Positions 25,897 through 37,000 of a stretch of DNA of 61,725 bases are shown one piece after another. Numbering within the stretch: position 1 is the stretch's first letter; every line of letters begins with the position of its first letter. The notes beneath the pieces are model-generated. The model was not told the DNA's origin. It made no database searches and was given only the letters and a program-made list of their open reading frames with translations. The position numbers were made by a program, and so were the translations under genes. This DNA is from a virus (taxonomy: Duplodnaviria > Caudoviricetes), in the IMG/VR virus record IMGVR_UViG_3300043409_000886, positions 1 to 61,725 of that record, one strand, 5' to 3'.

Positions 25897-27944
25897 TACT
25901 CGGGCACCTCATCCTCGGCAGAGAGTGCCCCGAGACCACCGGCGCCTATTGGTGCCGCGCTGTACATCGGGCGATCGGCACGGATGAAACCTTTTAATAC
26001 CTCCGCTTTGGGGAGTCCGGTTATTTGGTGCGTCCTCTCAATCATCTCGTTAATCTCGGACATCATGGGCTTCCCCGCATAATTTTTTGCCCCCGCCCAA
26101 GCGACGTCCTGAAAGTTGACCGGGTGTACTCCAGCCTCCGCGGCCAATTTGTTTAACGCAGCCTCGTAGGTTCCATAAGACGGCCCCGCCGGGGTCTTCA
26201 TGCCTTTTTTCCAGAGCCCGGACATCTGCTCATCTATAGTTGGTCTGTCGCGGTGCCCCAAAAAGTCGGCGGAAAAATTATGCCGCTTCGGATTGGTAAC
26301 AGGAATATCTCCAAGGGACTCTAGCGCGATAGCCTGCCTCATATTACCCCCAGCAAACCTGCCGCCGATGGGGAAAGGCAAATCATACCCCCGCGTTGGA
26401 ATATCTTTACCTGCAGCGTTTTGAAAGTTTGCAAAGGTGGCCATCATCAGATTACTTTTAGGATCGGCTCCACCAGTTGTCGCAGCCATAGAATCCGCAA
26501 AACGAGCCTTGAATTGTCGCCGCCCCTCCTCGGGTCCGAGTTCTTTTACAAACTCATCCTCGAGCTGTTTCATTGCGTACCAGTCTTTGGCGAGCGGCTT
26601 GTCGCTCCCCGCCTTATACGCCGCGCGGAGCCTATCAAGGCTCTCCGGGTTATTTGCCAGAGCCTCATATTTATCAATCGAGGCCTTTGTTTTTGGCACC
26701 ACCGTGGTCAGCGTCTTACCCGCAAGTGGATAGTTTGTGGGGTCCACATAATCCCGCTTTGATACATCAAAGAAGGGGGTGTAGTTCCCGGCATCTATTT
26801 GTGTCTGAGCGGCTCGCCGCGCTTTTTGAACAGCAAGCGCCTCCGGGGAGAGCTGTTTCGCCATAAACTCTTTGTTCTTCTTCGGGTCCCACTCCAACAC
26901 CCCCGGCAGTCTGTCGGGGTATGCGCGTCCAACTTTCATCGGGTCGTATTTAAATTTTTCAGCCAAAGTTTTTATTGCGGGCATGAGAGTATTCACTCCC
27001 CTGCCTATGAGCTGCTTCGCTGCGCCGCCCTTATCGAAGTGCTGCACGCTGCCGCCGGCGGCCTTACGCTCCGCCGCCGCGTCGTTGAAGTGCTTCAGGA
27101 GTGGCGTGACGGCCTCGGGGCGTTTCATCGCCTCCGCTGCGCCAAGCATGCCGGCACCAATAGCTTTCGGGAGTATCCCCTTCTTAGTGAACAGCGCGGA
27201 GCCCGCGGCGCCAAGCCCGCTCTTTGCGGCTCCGGCGAAGTCGCCCTCACGCGCCCTGTTGTAGGCATCCACGAGCTCGTACCCCGCACCAGCACCACCG
27301 AGCGTCCTGCTGATCGGCGAAGCCGCGGGCAGAGACATCCCACCACGAATAAACGCTCCCGTGGCGCTGGGTGGTCTGGGTGCGGTTGTTTTTGTGGGTG
27401 GGTGCAAATTTGCCGGGCGCATGAGTACATTCCCAGAGCCCTCGGGGGGCAAGGTCATGAGTGTTCCGGGCGAGATGTCCGTCGCCGCGATTGCTGCGGG
27501 AGTGACGTGTTTTTTTAGGTAGTCTTGAAATTGCTCCGAAGTAACAATAGACCTTTGCACCTTAGGAGCTATTTGCCCCGGCCGAACCTGAGTTTCTCCG
27601 TAGGTGTCGATTGAGTGGGGTTTTGGTGCGTGCTCTGCGGCCTGACGTGCCACGTTCGCCAGACCCCGATCAAAGAAGTCACGTGCCTCACCACCCACGA
27701 GCCCCAACCCAGCGCCTGCGGCGGCACCGTAGAACGGGTTCACCTTGGTGGACTCGTGGAAGGCTCTCTCCGCGGCCAGCCGATCCGCAAACTCTTTCTC
27801 CTGAGCCTGACTCGCCGCCAGCCGTTCGGCGGCCAGCCGATCGGCAAACTCTTTTTCGTTTGAGGCGTCACCCTGACTGTACTTCATGTCCGCGGGGAGC
27901 GCCGCCATCTCCTCGGCCACCAGCTGCTCGTGAGTTGTCGTCAT
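25896..27944 (-). CDS. Modular virion/ejection protein with possible HhH-glycosylase-like C-terminal domain
   Basis: DWY..., K..NF..D..G....TIDE, Y...E......A...GV.P...Q..AW after a KAAGGSVQHFDKGG linker. Confidence 0.6.
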   Translation of the reverse strand: MTTTHEQLVAEEMAALPADMKYSQGDASNEKEFADRLAAERLAASQAQEKEFADRLAAERAFHESTKVNPFYGAAAGAGLGLVGGEARDFFDRGLANVARQAAEHAPKPHSIDTYGETQVRPGQIAPKVQRSIVTSEQFQDYLKKHVTPAAIAATDISPGTLMTLPPEGSGNVLMRPANLHPPTKTTAPRPPSATGAFIRGGMSLPAASPISRTLGGAGAGYELVDAYNRAREGDFAGAAKSGLGAAGSALFTKKGILPKAIGAGMLGAAEAMKRPEAVTPLLKHFNDAAAERKAAGGSVQHFDKGGAAKQLIGRGVNTLMPAIKTLAEKFKYDPMKVGRAYPDRLPGVLEWDPKKNKEFMAKQLSPEALAVQKARRAAQTQIDAGNYTPFFDVSKRDYVDPTNYPLAGKTLTTVVPKTKASIDKYEALANNPESLDRLRAAYKAGSDKPLAKDWYAMKQLEDEFVKELGPEEGRRQFKARFADSMAATTGGADPKSNLMMATFANFQNAAGKDIPTRGYDLPFPIGGRFAGGNMRQAIALESLGDIPVTNPKRHNFSADFLGHRDRPTIDEQMSGLWKKGMKTPAGPSYGTYEAALNKLAAEAGVHPVNFQDVAWAGAKNYAGKPMMSEINEMIERTHQITGLPKAEVLKGFIRADRPMYSAAPIGAGGLGALSAEDEVPE

Positions 27945-29830
27945 TTTGGGTTGGCCTTTTTGTACGCCTCAAACGCCGCTTCTTTTGCCGGGTCCGCGTA
28001 AGTTGGAGGCTTCGCGGGGGGTGCCGCAGCGGCTCCAGAACTTTTTGGCAACTTGATGTCCATCTTGGCTAGTGCGTCAGCTTTGTCGGTGAATGTCTTT
28101 ACGAGGTTGTGATACGCATCACTGTTACGGAACTCGCCGTACGCCGCGACACCACCCTTGGGGTAACCCTTACGGAACAGCGCCCCAGCGGCGGCCTCGG
28201 ACTTGGCGAGCTCAGACATCATCATTTGACGCTTGATTAACAGCTCGGGATTGTCCTTGATGCTGCCCGACGCGCGTGCCAGAAGGGCGCGCTCCATGTC
28301 TGATATAGCGCCCTGCCCCTTCATCGTTATCTTGGCAAACTCCAACTCGTTCCTAGCTAAGAGCTGCGCTATTTCGTTACGGTTCTTCTGTACCTGAGGG
28401 GGGAGGAGGTTGCCCTTAGAATCAACCATCACCTTGGAGATGGCGTCTTCTAACCCGCCAAGCGATATATTGCCCCACGGGGTGTTCGCGCCCTGAGATA
28501 CAACCGTGGCAATGGCGTTCACCACGCCCGGGTCGGTTAGTACACCAACGGCCTCGGGAGTCTCCTTGGTGAGCTGCGCTATTCTATCGGCAGAACGAAC
28601 CCTATCAGCGTTCGCGTAGGGGTCGGTGGACTGCTTAAACCCCGAGTACGCCATCGTGGCGTCCTTGGCGGTTCCTACCTCAGCCTCTCTAGCTCCTGCG
28701 GTCTCTGCCTCAATTTGCCCCAATGTCTTGACCGGCGGTTTTACTGGCGCCGGGGCTGCTATAGGTGCGGCGGGTGCTACGGCCGCTGAAGGAACGTCGG
28801 GCATCTGAACCTTGCCCAGCATGCCTTCCTTGTTTTGGCCCTCTAAATAGTCAACAACCATTTGACCCGCTTTTGGGAGCGACTTGTAGGGAATTGTTTC
28901 AGCTCCGGGCGCGGGCGGCGGTGCCGGCGTTCGGTTGTCACTAGGGCCCGCGAGGGTAACCGTCGGGCGGTTGACATCTGGCTCCCGCAGCGCAACGGGT
29001 GCCGGTGCCGCAACAGACGCAGGCGCAGGCGCAGCAACGGGCGCGGGTGCCGGCCGGTTGCGGCTCAGTTGTTCGGCGGTCATGCCGGGGACGTTAAATT
29101 GCTCGCCCTGTGCGTTGACATCAAGACGTGGCTTCATCGCCTCGGGGAGGTACTGCTGGCGAAGCGCCTTTGCCAGATCGGGTCTGGAGCTCTCTATTTG
29201 ATCCGCGAGGGCGAGCGCCTTCTGCGCGTCCGAACGCTTGAGGTACTCCTCCTTCACCATCTTGTCCAGTTCCCCCCACTGCCCCGTGCGTGCCAACTGC
29301 TGTGCCTGAAACTGTAGGTCCGCGGGGAGGCTGGCTATCTGCACTTGTGTTTTTGTCATGCCAGCGCCGGGTGCCCCTGCTGCAGCGGGTGCCCCTGCCG
29401 CTCCTGCCACCCCGGGTGCCCCGGGGATAACCTCGTTGCGCGCGGCGGATTCCTGCTTGGCCGCCTCAGCGGCTGCGCGCTGCTGCGCCAGCTGCATGCG
29501 CATGTTGTAGATGTCGGTGGTCTGCTCCTCGCGAGCCTTACCGCGCATGGCGAGCCCCTCCGTGGGTCCCTGCATGCCCCCGCCAGTCCACGCCGCGGCG
29601 TCCTTGAGCCGCTCGAGGAAGCTCGACTTCTGGGACTCCTTCTCGTCGATCAGGCGCTGCATGTTCTCGAGGATCGACTTACCTGTTTCTGTGTCAAGGT
29701 ACTGGGTCCCCGCGATATTAACGCGCTGAAACTTACTTGTCCCCGGGGCGGCCTTGACGGCGATCGTCGCCGACGAGGGTTTCTCCTCGGCGGGTATGGA
29801 GTCTAAGGCGCCAGCTGGTGTGTCTGCCAT
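27941..29830 (-). CDS. Putative internal virion (ejection) protein
   Basis: Ala/Gln-rich helical; KGQGAISDMER motif; position in the late block. Confidence 0.6.
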   Translation of the reverse strand: MADTPAGALDSIPAEEKPSSATIAVKAAPGTSKFQRVNIAGTQYLDTETGKSILENMQRLIDEKESQKSSFLERLKDAAAWTGGGMQGPTEGLAMRGKAREEQTTDIYNMRMQLAQQRAAAEAAKQESAARNEVIPGAPGVAGAAGAPAAAGAPGAGMTKTQVQIASLPADLQFQAQQLARTGQWGELDKMVKEEYLKRSDAQKALALADQIESSRPDLAKALRQQYLPEAMKPRLDVNAQGEQFNVPGMTAEQLSRNRPAPAPVAAPAPASVAAPAPVALREPDVNRPTVTLAGPSDNRTPAPPPAPGAETIPYKSLPKAGQMVVDYLEGQNKEGMLGKVQMPDVPSAAVAPAAPIAAPAPVKPPVKTLGQIEAETAGAREAEVGTAKDATMAYSGFKQSTDPYANADRVRSADRIAQLTKETPEAVGVLTDPGVVNAIATVVSQGANTPWGNISLGGLEDAISKVMVDSKGNLLPPQVQKNRNEIAQLLARNELEFAKITMKGQGAISDMERALLARASGSIKDNPELLIKRQMMMSELAKSEAAAGALFRKGYPKGGVAAYGEFRNSDAYHNLVKTFTDKADALAKMDIKLPKSSGAAAAPPAKPPTYADPAKEAAFEAYKKANPK

Positions 29831-29874
29831 TATCTATTTTCCTTGGTGCGTGTCATTGCGTCGCGTGTCCGGTG

Positions 29875-31017
29875 TTAGTACCACGAATCATCAGAGTCCG
29901 CCGCGGCGGTGTTCCAGTCGCTGCCGTATGGGGACTCGTCCTCGTAGACGTACCCGCCACTTATTGGGCTATCGAATAGTGGGTCACCACCTACACCCAT
30001 CCCGGTCTTGGGGACAACATATGGGTCGCCGTTTGCATAAACAGATTCCCCGGAAGAGTTTGTGTACCACGGCGTTCCGTCTGCAGCGTACCCCCTAACT
30101 GGGCCATACGAGGGGTGTAAGGGAAACTCAACATCCCCGCTGCCGGTGTTGTTTCCCGGCGTCGTCGGGGTTGTCGGGGTCGTCGGGGTTGTCGGCGTCC
30201 TGCCTATCCCCAGCGCACCCAGCAGGCTCTGCAGCCCCGGGATGCCCTGCACGGCGGGCTTGTAGCCCGGGGTGTTCGGCGTCCCAACAGCGGGTGTGCC
30301 GTAGACGGAGTCCATTATGTTGGAGCCCCCGCCGATCATCGTGAGCAGTGAACCAACTTGGCTGAGGGGCGCAAGCTCGGTCTGTCTCGTTGTCGTTGTG
30401 CCCGGCTTCGCAGCGTTGAGGACGTTCGCCACGTTTGAGAGCTGCGTGGTTGGGAAGTTCGCGGTGTCGAGGGCGCTCTTGACGCCCTGACCACCGACGG
30501 TGCCTAGGCTGCTTGCCGCCGACACGCCGGTCTGCTGCGAGGCCAGAGCCTCGGTCATTTGTTTCTGGAAGAGGTCGGCCAACGCACCGGCGCGCGCCTT
30601 CTGCACGCCGTAACGCTGCTGGGAGCCACCGAACCCGCCCGAGCTGATACCCTGAGCCTCGGCGGGTGCTGTGATGTCGGGCATCATCTTGTTGAGGTAG
30701 TCCGTCTGCGCGGAGAAGAGCCCACCCAGTGGGGTGCTGACGTTCGGTGTGACGGTCTGCTTTCCGGCGGCATCGGTGGCGACGTTCCACGGGTTCGCGG
30801 CGCCAGAGCCAATGGTCTGCAACGTGCTGGCCGCCGAGGTGAAGGGGTTGGTCGCGCCCGGTGCGAATGTGGAGGTGGCGAACTGCTGCGCCTGACCGGG
30901 TGCCTGCGCCTGAGCCAGCGAGGCGTTGACAACGCCCTGCTGCGCCGCGTCGTACCACTTAGGCAACGTCAGTGTGGTGTTCTCCGTGTTGGAGAGGATG
31001 CTATTGAGTCCGGCCAT
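29875..31017 (-). CDS. Putative DNA pilot/ejection protein
   Basis: A/G/Q/T-rich; GGFGGS motif; PTT repeats. Confidence 0.55.
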   Translation of the reverse strand: MAGLNSILSNTENTTLTLPKWYDAAQQGVVNASLAQAQAPGQAQQFATSTFAPGATNPFTSAASTLQTIGSGAANPWNVATDAAGKQTVTPNVSTPLGGLFSAQTDYLNKMMPDITAPAEAQGISSGGFGGSQQRYGVQKARAGALADLFQKQMTEALASQQTGVSAASSLGTVGGQGVKSALDTANFPTTQLSNVANVLNAAKPGTTTTRQTELAPLSQVGSLLTMIGGGSNIMDSVYGTPAVGTPNTPGYKPAVQGIPGLQSLLGALGIGRTPTTPTTPTTPTTPGNNTGSGDVEFPLHPSYGPVRGYAADGTPWYTNSSGESVYANGDPYVVPKTGMGVGGDPLFDSPISGGYVYEDESPYGSDWNTAAADSDDSWY

Positions 31018-32951
31018 TATGCGCTTACCTTTTGATGTGCCGAGGCCAGATAGGCCAGCGGTCCCTTGCTGTCGGGCGGTAGCTCCCTGCTGTCCGCCGC
31101 CCTCTTGTGTTTGCGTATCACCGCCAAGAACTCGTCCAGCACCTTGGCACCTGAGTCGTTGTCTCCGTCACCCAGACCAGAGACCACGTCCGCGGGGATA
31201 ACGAACTCACCCGTGGCCAGCATCGCGGGGATGCTGTCGCTGGTGCCCGTCCCGCCACCCTTGACGTAGTGGTGCATCATCCCGCCCTCAGAGAAGAACT
31301 CTGGGTCGTGACCCTCTGGGGAGTCGTGACCCTCGGGTGCGGCGCTCTGCTCCATCGGGTCTTGGTACTGCATCTCATCTGGTGCCATGACGTCCCCGCC
31401 CTCGGCGTACCCCGGGGAGTAGAAGAAGTTCTCAGCGGAGAGCGGAGCCTGCTGCCCGAATATGGAGGGGGGCACCGCCGGGGTCTGCGGCGCCGCAGCG
31501 GCGTTGAGTGGTTGATCCCAAGGGGCGTTCACTTTTATTTGCTCTCCACCGAACTGTGCCGGGTCTAGGTTAAAGGTTGGTGCCGTCGCGGTGAGCGGCG
31601 CCGTGGTGTTGGGTGACGAAGATGCCGGCGCCTGCGGCGACATGCCGACGTTTTGTTGCGCGGTCGGTAGCGCGCCGGGCGCCCGACTGCCACCCGTGGC
31701 GCGGCTGTACAAACTTTTTGCAAGCGTGCCCAGCGAGGTGCCCGATACAACCTCCGAGGGGGTCACGCCGTACTGCTTGTATATCTGGTCGAGCTCGGCC
31801 TGCGTCAGTGCCTCACCGGCGTCGGCCTTGGCCACAAGCTCCTGTATGCTGTCCTGCTTGGCCTGATCCGCAAGCTGGGTCAGGTACGAGTTCTGTGACG
31901 TGGCGTCCGCTGTGGCGGGGTCCATGGTCTGCCACGAGGCGTCGCTCTGGCTCAAAACATTCCCCGAGGGGTCGAGCGTGGTCGAGGAGCCGTTGACGTA
32001 CTTAATGATGGTATTGCCCGCGCTGTCCAGTGCGGCGTCCACAACATCCATGCCGGCGTTGACCGCCTTCGAGGTGGCGTAGTTCTCCGCGAACTTAGTG
32101 AAGTCCGGCGTCTGCCCCTTCAGCATCGCGTTGGCGCCAAAGCGCGCCGTGGCCGCCGCGGCGTCCGCCAATGGTGCCGGGAGGTCTGTACCCAGCCAGC
32201 CCTTCAGGTACCCGGAGCCTTTCCCTGTCACCATGTCAACCGCGAAGTTGCTGAGGCTTGGTGCCTGACCCTTGATTACAGATTGCGTCGTGTAGTTCGC
32301 CAGCGCCCCGGAGAGTTTAGCAATATCTGCGGGGGCCACGCTGGAGACTACGTCCCCTATCTCAGAGCCCGCGGCGCTGGTGAGGACGTTCTTTAACGAG
32401 TCCTCCAGCGACTGCCCCGAGAGACCAGACTTAATCAGTGAGCTTACGGAGTTGTTGACGAGCGGGTTGTTGAGCCACTGCACAAGCTCCGTGGGCGCGC
32501 CGACAGCGTTAGCAAATGAGGAGAGCGCCGTCTTCGTGGCGGCGTCCGTCGCGCCGGTTGCTACGAGCCCCGTGGCGGGGTTTATCAGACTCCCCCCAAT
32601 GTTTGAGCTCACCCCACCCAATTCGTACGCCCCCATGCCGGCGTCCAGCCCCGCGCCAACGCCTGCGCCGACCCCGGCACCTGCACCGACCCCGGCACCT
32701 GTGGAGGCACCGAGTGCCGAGTTTATCGCGGCCTCCTCCGCTAGCGTGGCACCGCCGTAGGCCGCACCCTCCTCGGCAAAGGCTGCGGGACCCATGTAGT
32801 ACGCCGCCACGACCATGGCGATGGTCTGTATGGGGTTCTCCATGGCGTTGTTGATGACACCACCAACGAAGTCACCCACGCCCTGAACGACGTCACCTAC
32901 GCCCTGTACAAGGTCCCCGACAAACCCGATTGGACCGCCGCCTCCGCCCAC
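31017..32951 (-). CDS. Putative internal virion protein
   Basis: Gly/Ala-rich N-terminus; C-terminal GGGTGTSDSIPAMLATGEFVIPADVVS domain after YAEGG/FSEGG. Confidence 0.6.
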   Translation of the reverse strand: MGGGGGPIGFVGDLVQGVGDVVQGVGDFVGGVINNAMENPIQTIAMVVAAYYMGPAAFAEEGAAYGGATLAEEAAINSALGASTGAGVGAGAGVGAGVGAGLDAGMGAYELGGVSSNIGGSLINPATGLVATGATDAATKTALSSFANAVGAPTELVQWLNNPLVNNSVSSLIKSGLSGQSLEDSLKNVLTSAAGSEIGDVVSSVAPADIAKLSGALANYTTQSVIKGQAPSLSNFAVDMVTGKGSGYLKGWLGTDLPAPLADAAAATARFGANAMLKGQTPDFTKFAENYATSKAVNAGMDVVDAALDSAGNTIIKYVNGSSTTLDPSGNVLSQSDASWQTMDPATADATSQNSYLTQLADQAKQDSIQELVAKADAGEALTQAELDQIYKQYGVTPSEVVSGTSLGTLAKSLYSRATGGSRAPGALPTAQQNVGMSPQAPASSSPNTTAPLTATAPTFNLDPAQFGGEQIKVNAPWDQPLNAAAAPQTPAVPPSIFGQQAPLSAENFFYSPGYAEGGDVMAPDEMQYQDPMEQSAAPEGHDSPEGHDPEFFSEGGMMHHYVKGGGTGTSDSIPAMLATGEFVIPADVVSGLGDGDNDSGAKVLDEFLAVIRKHKRAADSRELPPDSKGPLAYLASAHQKVSA

Positions 32952-33325
32952 TATTGCACCTCGATTTCTATTTTGTAGTGGTCGCCAATTTTGTGCGCCT
33001 GAATGGGGATACCCGCCTGCTGCGCTATGCGGATCATCGCGGGGGTCTTGGTGCTGCTCTCGGCGTACTCAATGCCGGCGCTCTTGAAGTGCTGGTAGAA
33101 CTTGGCGAGGGCATCCTTCATCTGAGGAGGGGCGTCAGCCGTGAGGATGTGAAACTCCACGGTCTTGTCCCCGCTGCCCCTGAACAGCAGGACGGTGTCG
33201 TTCTCCTGCAGCAGGCCGATGGACTTCTCCTTGATGCCCGCGGCGAGGTTGTTAAGGAAGCCGTTGACCTTCTCGCCAAGACCCTCTTTCTCCATGGACT
33301 GCCGAATTATGTCTGTGGCTTGCAT
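32951..33325 (-). CDS. Hypothetical late protein
   Basis: First gene after the promoter at 33361-33388. Confidence 0.7.
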   Translation of the reverse strand: MQATDIIRQSMEKEGLGEKVNGFLNNLAAGIKEKSIGLLQENDTVLLFRGSGDKTVEFHILTADAPPQMKDALAKFYQHFKSAGIEYAESSTKTPAMIRIAQQAGIPIQAHKIGDHYKIEIEVQ

Positions 33326-33360
33326 TTGGCCTTTGGGTTCCCGTGAGCTTCCTATATCTA

Positions 33361-33388
33361 CTTATACAGAAAAACAGTGTTATCCGCC
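33361..33388 (-). promoter_or_regulatory. Phage promoter class GGCG-N18-YATAAG
   Basis: GGGCG-N18-TATAAGT. Confidence 0.7.
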
Positions 33389-33640
33389 CTACTGCGTGTC
33401 GCCATTTACGACGGTAATAAACTGCCTCGCCCACTCACGCCAGTCCTCGAAGGGCGCGGGGTCTATGCCCCCATACACCGAGAAGGTCGGGAGCAGAACC
33501 ACCCCGCTCGCCAGCTGTTTCCAGTCTGGCTCCGCGACGTACGGGAGGGGCTCCTCACCGAAGTAGTGCAGCATGTTGCCGTTCCAATCTGACCACGACA
33601 TGCCATCGGGGAGGAACGGTATGGCCTGACTTATCGTCAC
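33389..33640 (-). CDS. Hypothetical virion-associated protein
   Basis: GTGA overlap; Trp-rich (F.DWREWA). Confidence 0.65.
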   Translation of the reverse strand: MTISQAIPFLPDGMSWSDWNGNMLHYFGEEPLPYVAEPDWKQLASGVVLLPTFSVYGGIDPAPFEDWREWARQFITVVNGDTQ

Positions 33641-35730
33641 GGCCGGGTGTCCCCAAACTCGGCGGTTATGAGGACGCGACCCATCTCGTAGTTGCCCCCG
33701 ACGGTGTTGGACTCAAACTTCAGCCGCTCCTCCCGGTGCTCAATCCTGAGGTCGACCTTGCCGTCGGATGGCCCGAAGGTGAAGGGGCCATCCGACTCCA
33801 AGTCGCCCCGGGCAAACTTCTTGCCCAGCACGGTCAGGGTCATGTCCCCGGTCTGCACAAAGTCAGGCTCGATGCGGGTCAGGTGCATCCTGCGGTTGAC
33901 ACCCTGCGGGCTGTCGTGGGCGGGGTCGCCACCCACCCAGCTGATGTCGCAGGTGGTGAAGTTGGAGAGTATCGCAAGCTCCCCCTGATCTGAAATTTGG
34001 TCAACCCCGAACTCCTGCTGCCAGACGCTGTACCCATCGAGGATGTTGTACGCGTTCTCCCCGGCGCTGATGGCGGGGCTAAAGTTGCTGTCGACGGTGA
34101 CGAGTGTCACCCCGCCCGTTGCCTGACTCAGGACGTTGAAGCTAAACACGCTGCTCAACACGACGTAGGTGGTGGAGCCGTTGATGTTGCTCGATGCGAT
34201 CCTGTCCCCGGGGGAGAAGTCTACGCTCTGGTTCCCCTCAAGGTAGATTTGAGCCGCCGTTGGTGCCGCGTAGGTCAGGGTGCCCGCAATGGATGTCCCG
34301 GGCGCAACGGTCTGGGAGGCGCTGACGATGTACGTCCCCGCACCACCCGTGCCGGTGCCAAGGGTGGTAACCTTGGTGCCCGCCGTGACGCCGGTGCCGG
34401 TCAGCACCATGCCGATCTTTACGCCGCTCCCCGATGCGACGGTGAGTGTTGTCCCGGTGATGCCCCCGATGACGCTCGTCGTGGTGTAGGTGCCCGCGGG
34501 CGTTGCGGCCACGACGTGGGGCACACCAGAAATCCACTCGTAGTCCCAGCCGCACCAGATGGGGTTGGGGAAAATCTCTGTGGTGTACCCGCACGACCGG
34601 CGCGAGCCAACCGCGCTCCCGGCGTCGTACCAGATTTTGTCCTTGACGTTGTAAATGATTGCGTCGGAGCACTCTGTCTCCGTGCCGCGGGGATAAAAAA
34701 ACCAAATCTCATTAAAGCGTGGGACCTTGGTCGCCCAGACCTTCTGGCGCTGCTCAAAGTTAAGGTTGTCGAAGAGCCAATTTACGTTCTTATCGTTTGG
34801 CACAACCTGCACCGATCCGTTGTAGGAGTAGAATCGGTCCACGCCCATCCAGTAATACACGCCGTCCATCTCCACAACGGAGTTCGAGGACATGATGGAG
34901 ATTTGGCTGGAAATAATATCGTAGCGCCAGTAGATTGGCGCCGCGTTGACGAAGGAGACACGTATGAGGCTGTCCGTGGCCCAGAAGAGTCCTGAGGGGG
35001 ACTGCGTGCCACCGCGCACGGGGACACCCTTCACGATCTTGCTGGCCGCCATGTTGACCTTATTCGCAAGGGCGCCGTTCCAGTCCGTCAGCACCTGATT
35101 CGCGTAGGTGCTGTCGACGTTGTTGTTGGCGATGTAGCCGTTCGAGCCGTACACAAAGATGAAGGGGTACAGCACGCACACCCCGCCGTCAACGGAGATG
35201 GGGTCCCCCGTGGGGGCGCTACCGCCTGTGTCGAAGAGACCCGCGAGTGTCCAGACCTGACCCGCCCCGGGGAGGGTGTCCCCGACGAGTACCTGCGTCG
35301 CGACGCCGTTGTCTATGTTGGCAAGGTTCCGCCCGGGGTGCGCCAGAACATTAAGCGCCCCGCCGTTCGGTTCATACTGCAGGTCAAACTGCCAGAGGTT
35401 GTTGGCGTTGGCGGTGAAGTTGCTCAACGCCGCGGGGTACGGACCTGAGCCAATACCCACGTTGGTGCTGGTCGTGAAGACGTCGAGGCCGTCGCTGTTC
35501 CCGACGAACATGTAGTTCACCCCGTTGTAGGGGTTTGTAATTATCCCGCGCGGCACGCCGTTGGGCGTCCTGAACATCTGACGGTACCCGCCCATCTTCT
35601 TGGGGACACCACGCTGGAACCTTGCCCACGTGCCGTCGCTGAACTCGCGCGACTCGAAGACGGTCCCGTCCCGCTTTATGCCCGGCTGGACACCAAGGGT
35701 GTAGATCAGCGGCTGCTGAGTCTCCGCCAC
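33637..35730 (-). CDS. Tail nozzle / DNA stabilisation protein (P22 gp10 / tubular B-like)
   Basis: PGIKRDGT N-terminus, beta-propeller-like W/Y-rich repeats, FNEIWFFYP; position. Confidence 0.65.
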   Translation of the reverse strand: MAETQQPLIYTLGVQPGIKRDGTVFESREFSDGTWARFQRGVPKKMGGYRQMFRTPNGVPRGIITNPYNGVNYMFVGNSDGLDVFTTSTNVGIGSGPYPAALSNFTANANNLWQFDLQYEPNGGALNVLAHPGRNLANIDNGVATQVLVGDTLPGAGQVWTLAGLFDTGGSAPTGDPISVDGGVCVLYPFIFVYGSNGYIANNNVDSTYANQVLTDWNGALANKVNMAASKIVKGVPVRGGTQSPSGLFWATDSLIRVSFVNAAPIYWRYDIISSQISIMSSNSVVEMDGVYYWMGVDRFYSYNGSVQVVPNDKNVNWLFDNLNFEQRQKVWATKVPRFNEIWFFYPRGTETECSDAIIYNVKDKIWYDAGSAVGSRRSCGYTTEIFPNPIWCGWDYEWISGVPHVVAATPAGTYTTTSVIGGITGTTLTVASGSGVKIGMVLTGTGVTAGTKVTTLGTGTGGAGTYIVSASQTVAPGTSIAGTLTYAAPTAAQIYLEGNQSVDFSPGDRIASSNINGSTTYVVLSSVFSFNVLSQATGGVTLVTVDSNFSPAISAGENAYNILDGYSVWQQEFGVDQISDQGELAILSNFTTCDISWVGGDPAHDSPQGVNRRMHLTRIEPDFVQTGDMTLTVLGKKFARGDLESDGPFTFGPSDGKVDLRIEHREERLKFESNTVGGNYEMGRVLITAEFGDTRP

Positions 35731-36998
35731 TAGAACGTGCCGCCGCTGATGAGCGCCGCGTTAAAGGTTGCTGTTGTGGTTATCTGCGGGGAGAGTGGGT
35801 TGCTGTTGTTGAGGGTCATCATGTTGACCCCGCCGGCTGTTAGCCCCAGCTGCGCCGCGGAGAGGAGGTACATCCCCGTCGAGGGGTCGCTAATGAAGGA
35901 GAAGGAGGGCGCCGCCGCGGAGCCATTCGTCACAAGGTAGGTCGCCGTGCCCGACTGCGTCAGGATGTACAGGAAGTTGCCGTCACTTAGCACCATGGCC
36001 GTCGTGTTGGCCGCCACCGCAATGGGTGCCTGCGAGCTGCCCGAGACTTGGAACGTGACGTCGTACCCGGTCTGGTTCGTGGCGTTCGACAGAACATACA
36101 ACTGCGTGACCGCCGGGAGCTCCACGTCGAGGTCGGTTGCGCGGGTGCCCGCGAGGGCGACGTATGTCTGGATGCTGGGCGCGAAGCTGATGAGGTCCAG
36201 CGTGGAGCCCACGACACTGTCAACGTCGTAGGTGGCCGCGGTGAACATGGCGCTGTTCGGGTTCGCGAGGCCAACGGTGTAGAAGTCCCCGTTGACGTAG
36301 TCGAACACGACCATGCCCGAGTCGCCCGGGTTGAACGTCACCGTAACGGAGCCGTTCAGTGTCGAGGTGCCCTGAGGCACCATGGAGATGGCGCCCGTGC
36401 CGCTGTTGCGAAAGAGGATGTACCACCCCGGGGTGATGCTCGCCGCCGTGGGGAGGGTGATGGTGTCCGCCCCACCCGTCCAGACGTAACTGAGCGCCCG
36501 GCTGGCGTTGTTTATCGTCGGCGCCACGGCGGTGGTCACGATGCCGTAGGAGGTCGCCAGCAGGCCGCTCGATGTGGTGAGCCCGCTGCCGGCCAAGGAG
36601 GCCGCGTCCGCCGCGGAGGTGCCCGTGCCGTAGGTGAAGTTGCGCCAGACACCCGCGCTGGTGCTGTTGCTGACAAGGTAGAAGTACCGCGCGTCACCGG
36701 CGGCGAGTGTCACCGAGTTGGCGTTGTCCTTGTCCTGAATGGTGAAGCTGAAGGCGCTGATGTTTCGGAAGAGTATGTCCGTCCCAACGGAGCCCTGACT
36801 GCCGTAGGGCAGCGTGACTATCAGGCTGCCCGCGCTCGGGTTGCAGTCGATGATGCGCGCCGCTGCCGTGTCCACGCCGCCCGGTGCGACGTACGCGGGC
36901 CACGTCAGCGAGACGTTCGCACTGAATGGCAGGCTGAGGTAGCTTACGTCTGTCGGCTGGACGACGTCCCCCGTGAAGGGGGATGTGAATGTGGTCAT
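35730..36998 (-). CDS. Tail/virion structural protein
   Basis: S/T/G-rich beta modules (TLPTAA..GW...RN.GTG). Confidence 0.6.
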   Translation of the reverse strand: MTTFTSPFTGDVVQPTDVSYLSLPFSANVSLTWPAYVAPGGVDTAAARIIDCNPSAGSLIVTLPYGSQGSVGTDILFRNISAFSFTIQDKDNANSVTLAAGDARYFYLVSNSTSAGVWRNFTYGTGTSAADAASLAGSGLTTSSGLLATSYGIVTTAVAPTINNASRALSYVWTGGADTITLPTAASITPGWYILFRNSGTGAISMVPQGTSTLNGSVTVTFNPGDSGMVVFDYVNGDFYTVGLANPNSAMFTAATYDVDSVVGSTLDLISFAPSIQTYVALAGTRATDLDVELPAVTQLYVLSNATNQTGYDVTFQVSGSSQAPIAVAANTTAMVLSDGNFLYILTQSGTATYLVTNGSAAAPSFSFISDPSTGMYLLSAAQLGLTAGGVNMMTLNNSNPLSPQITTTATFNAALISGGTF

Positions 36999-37000
36999 CT

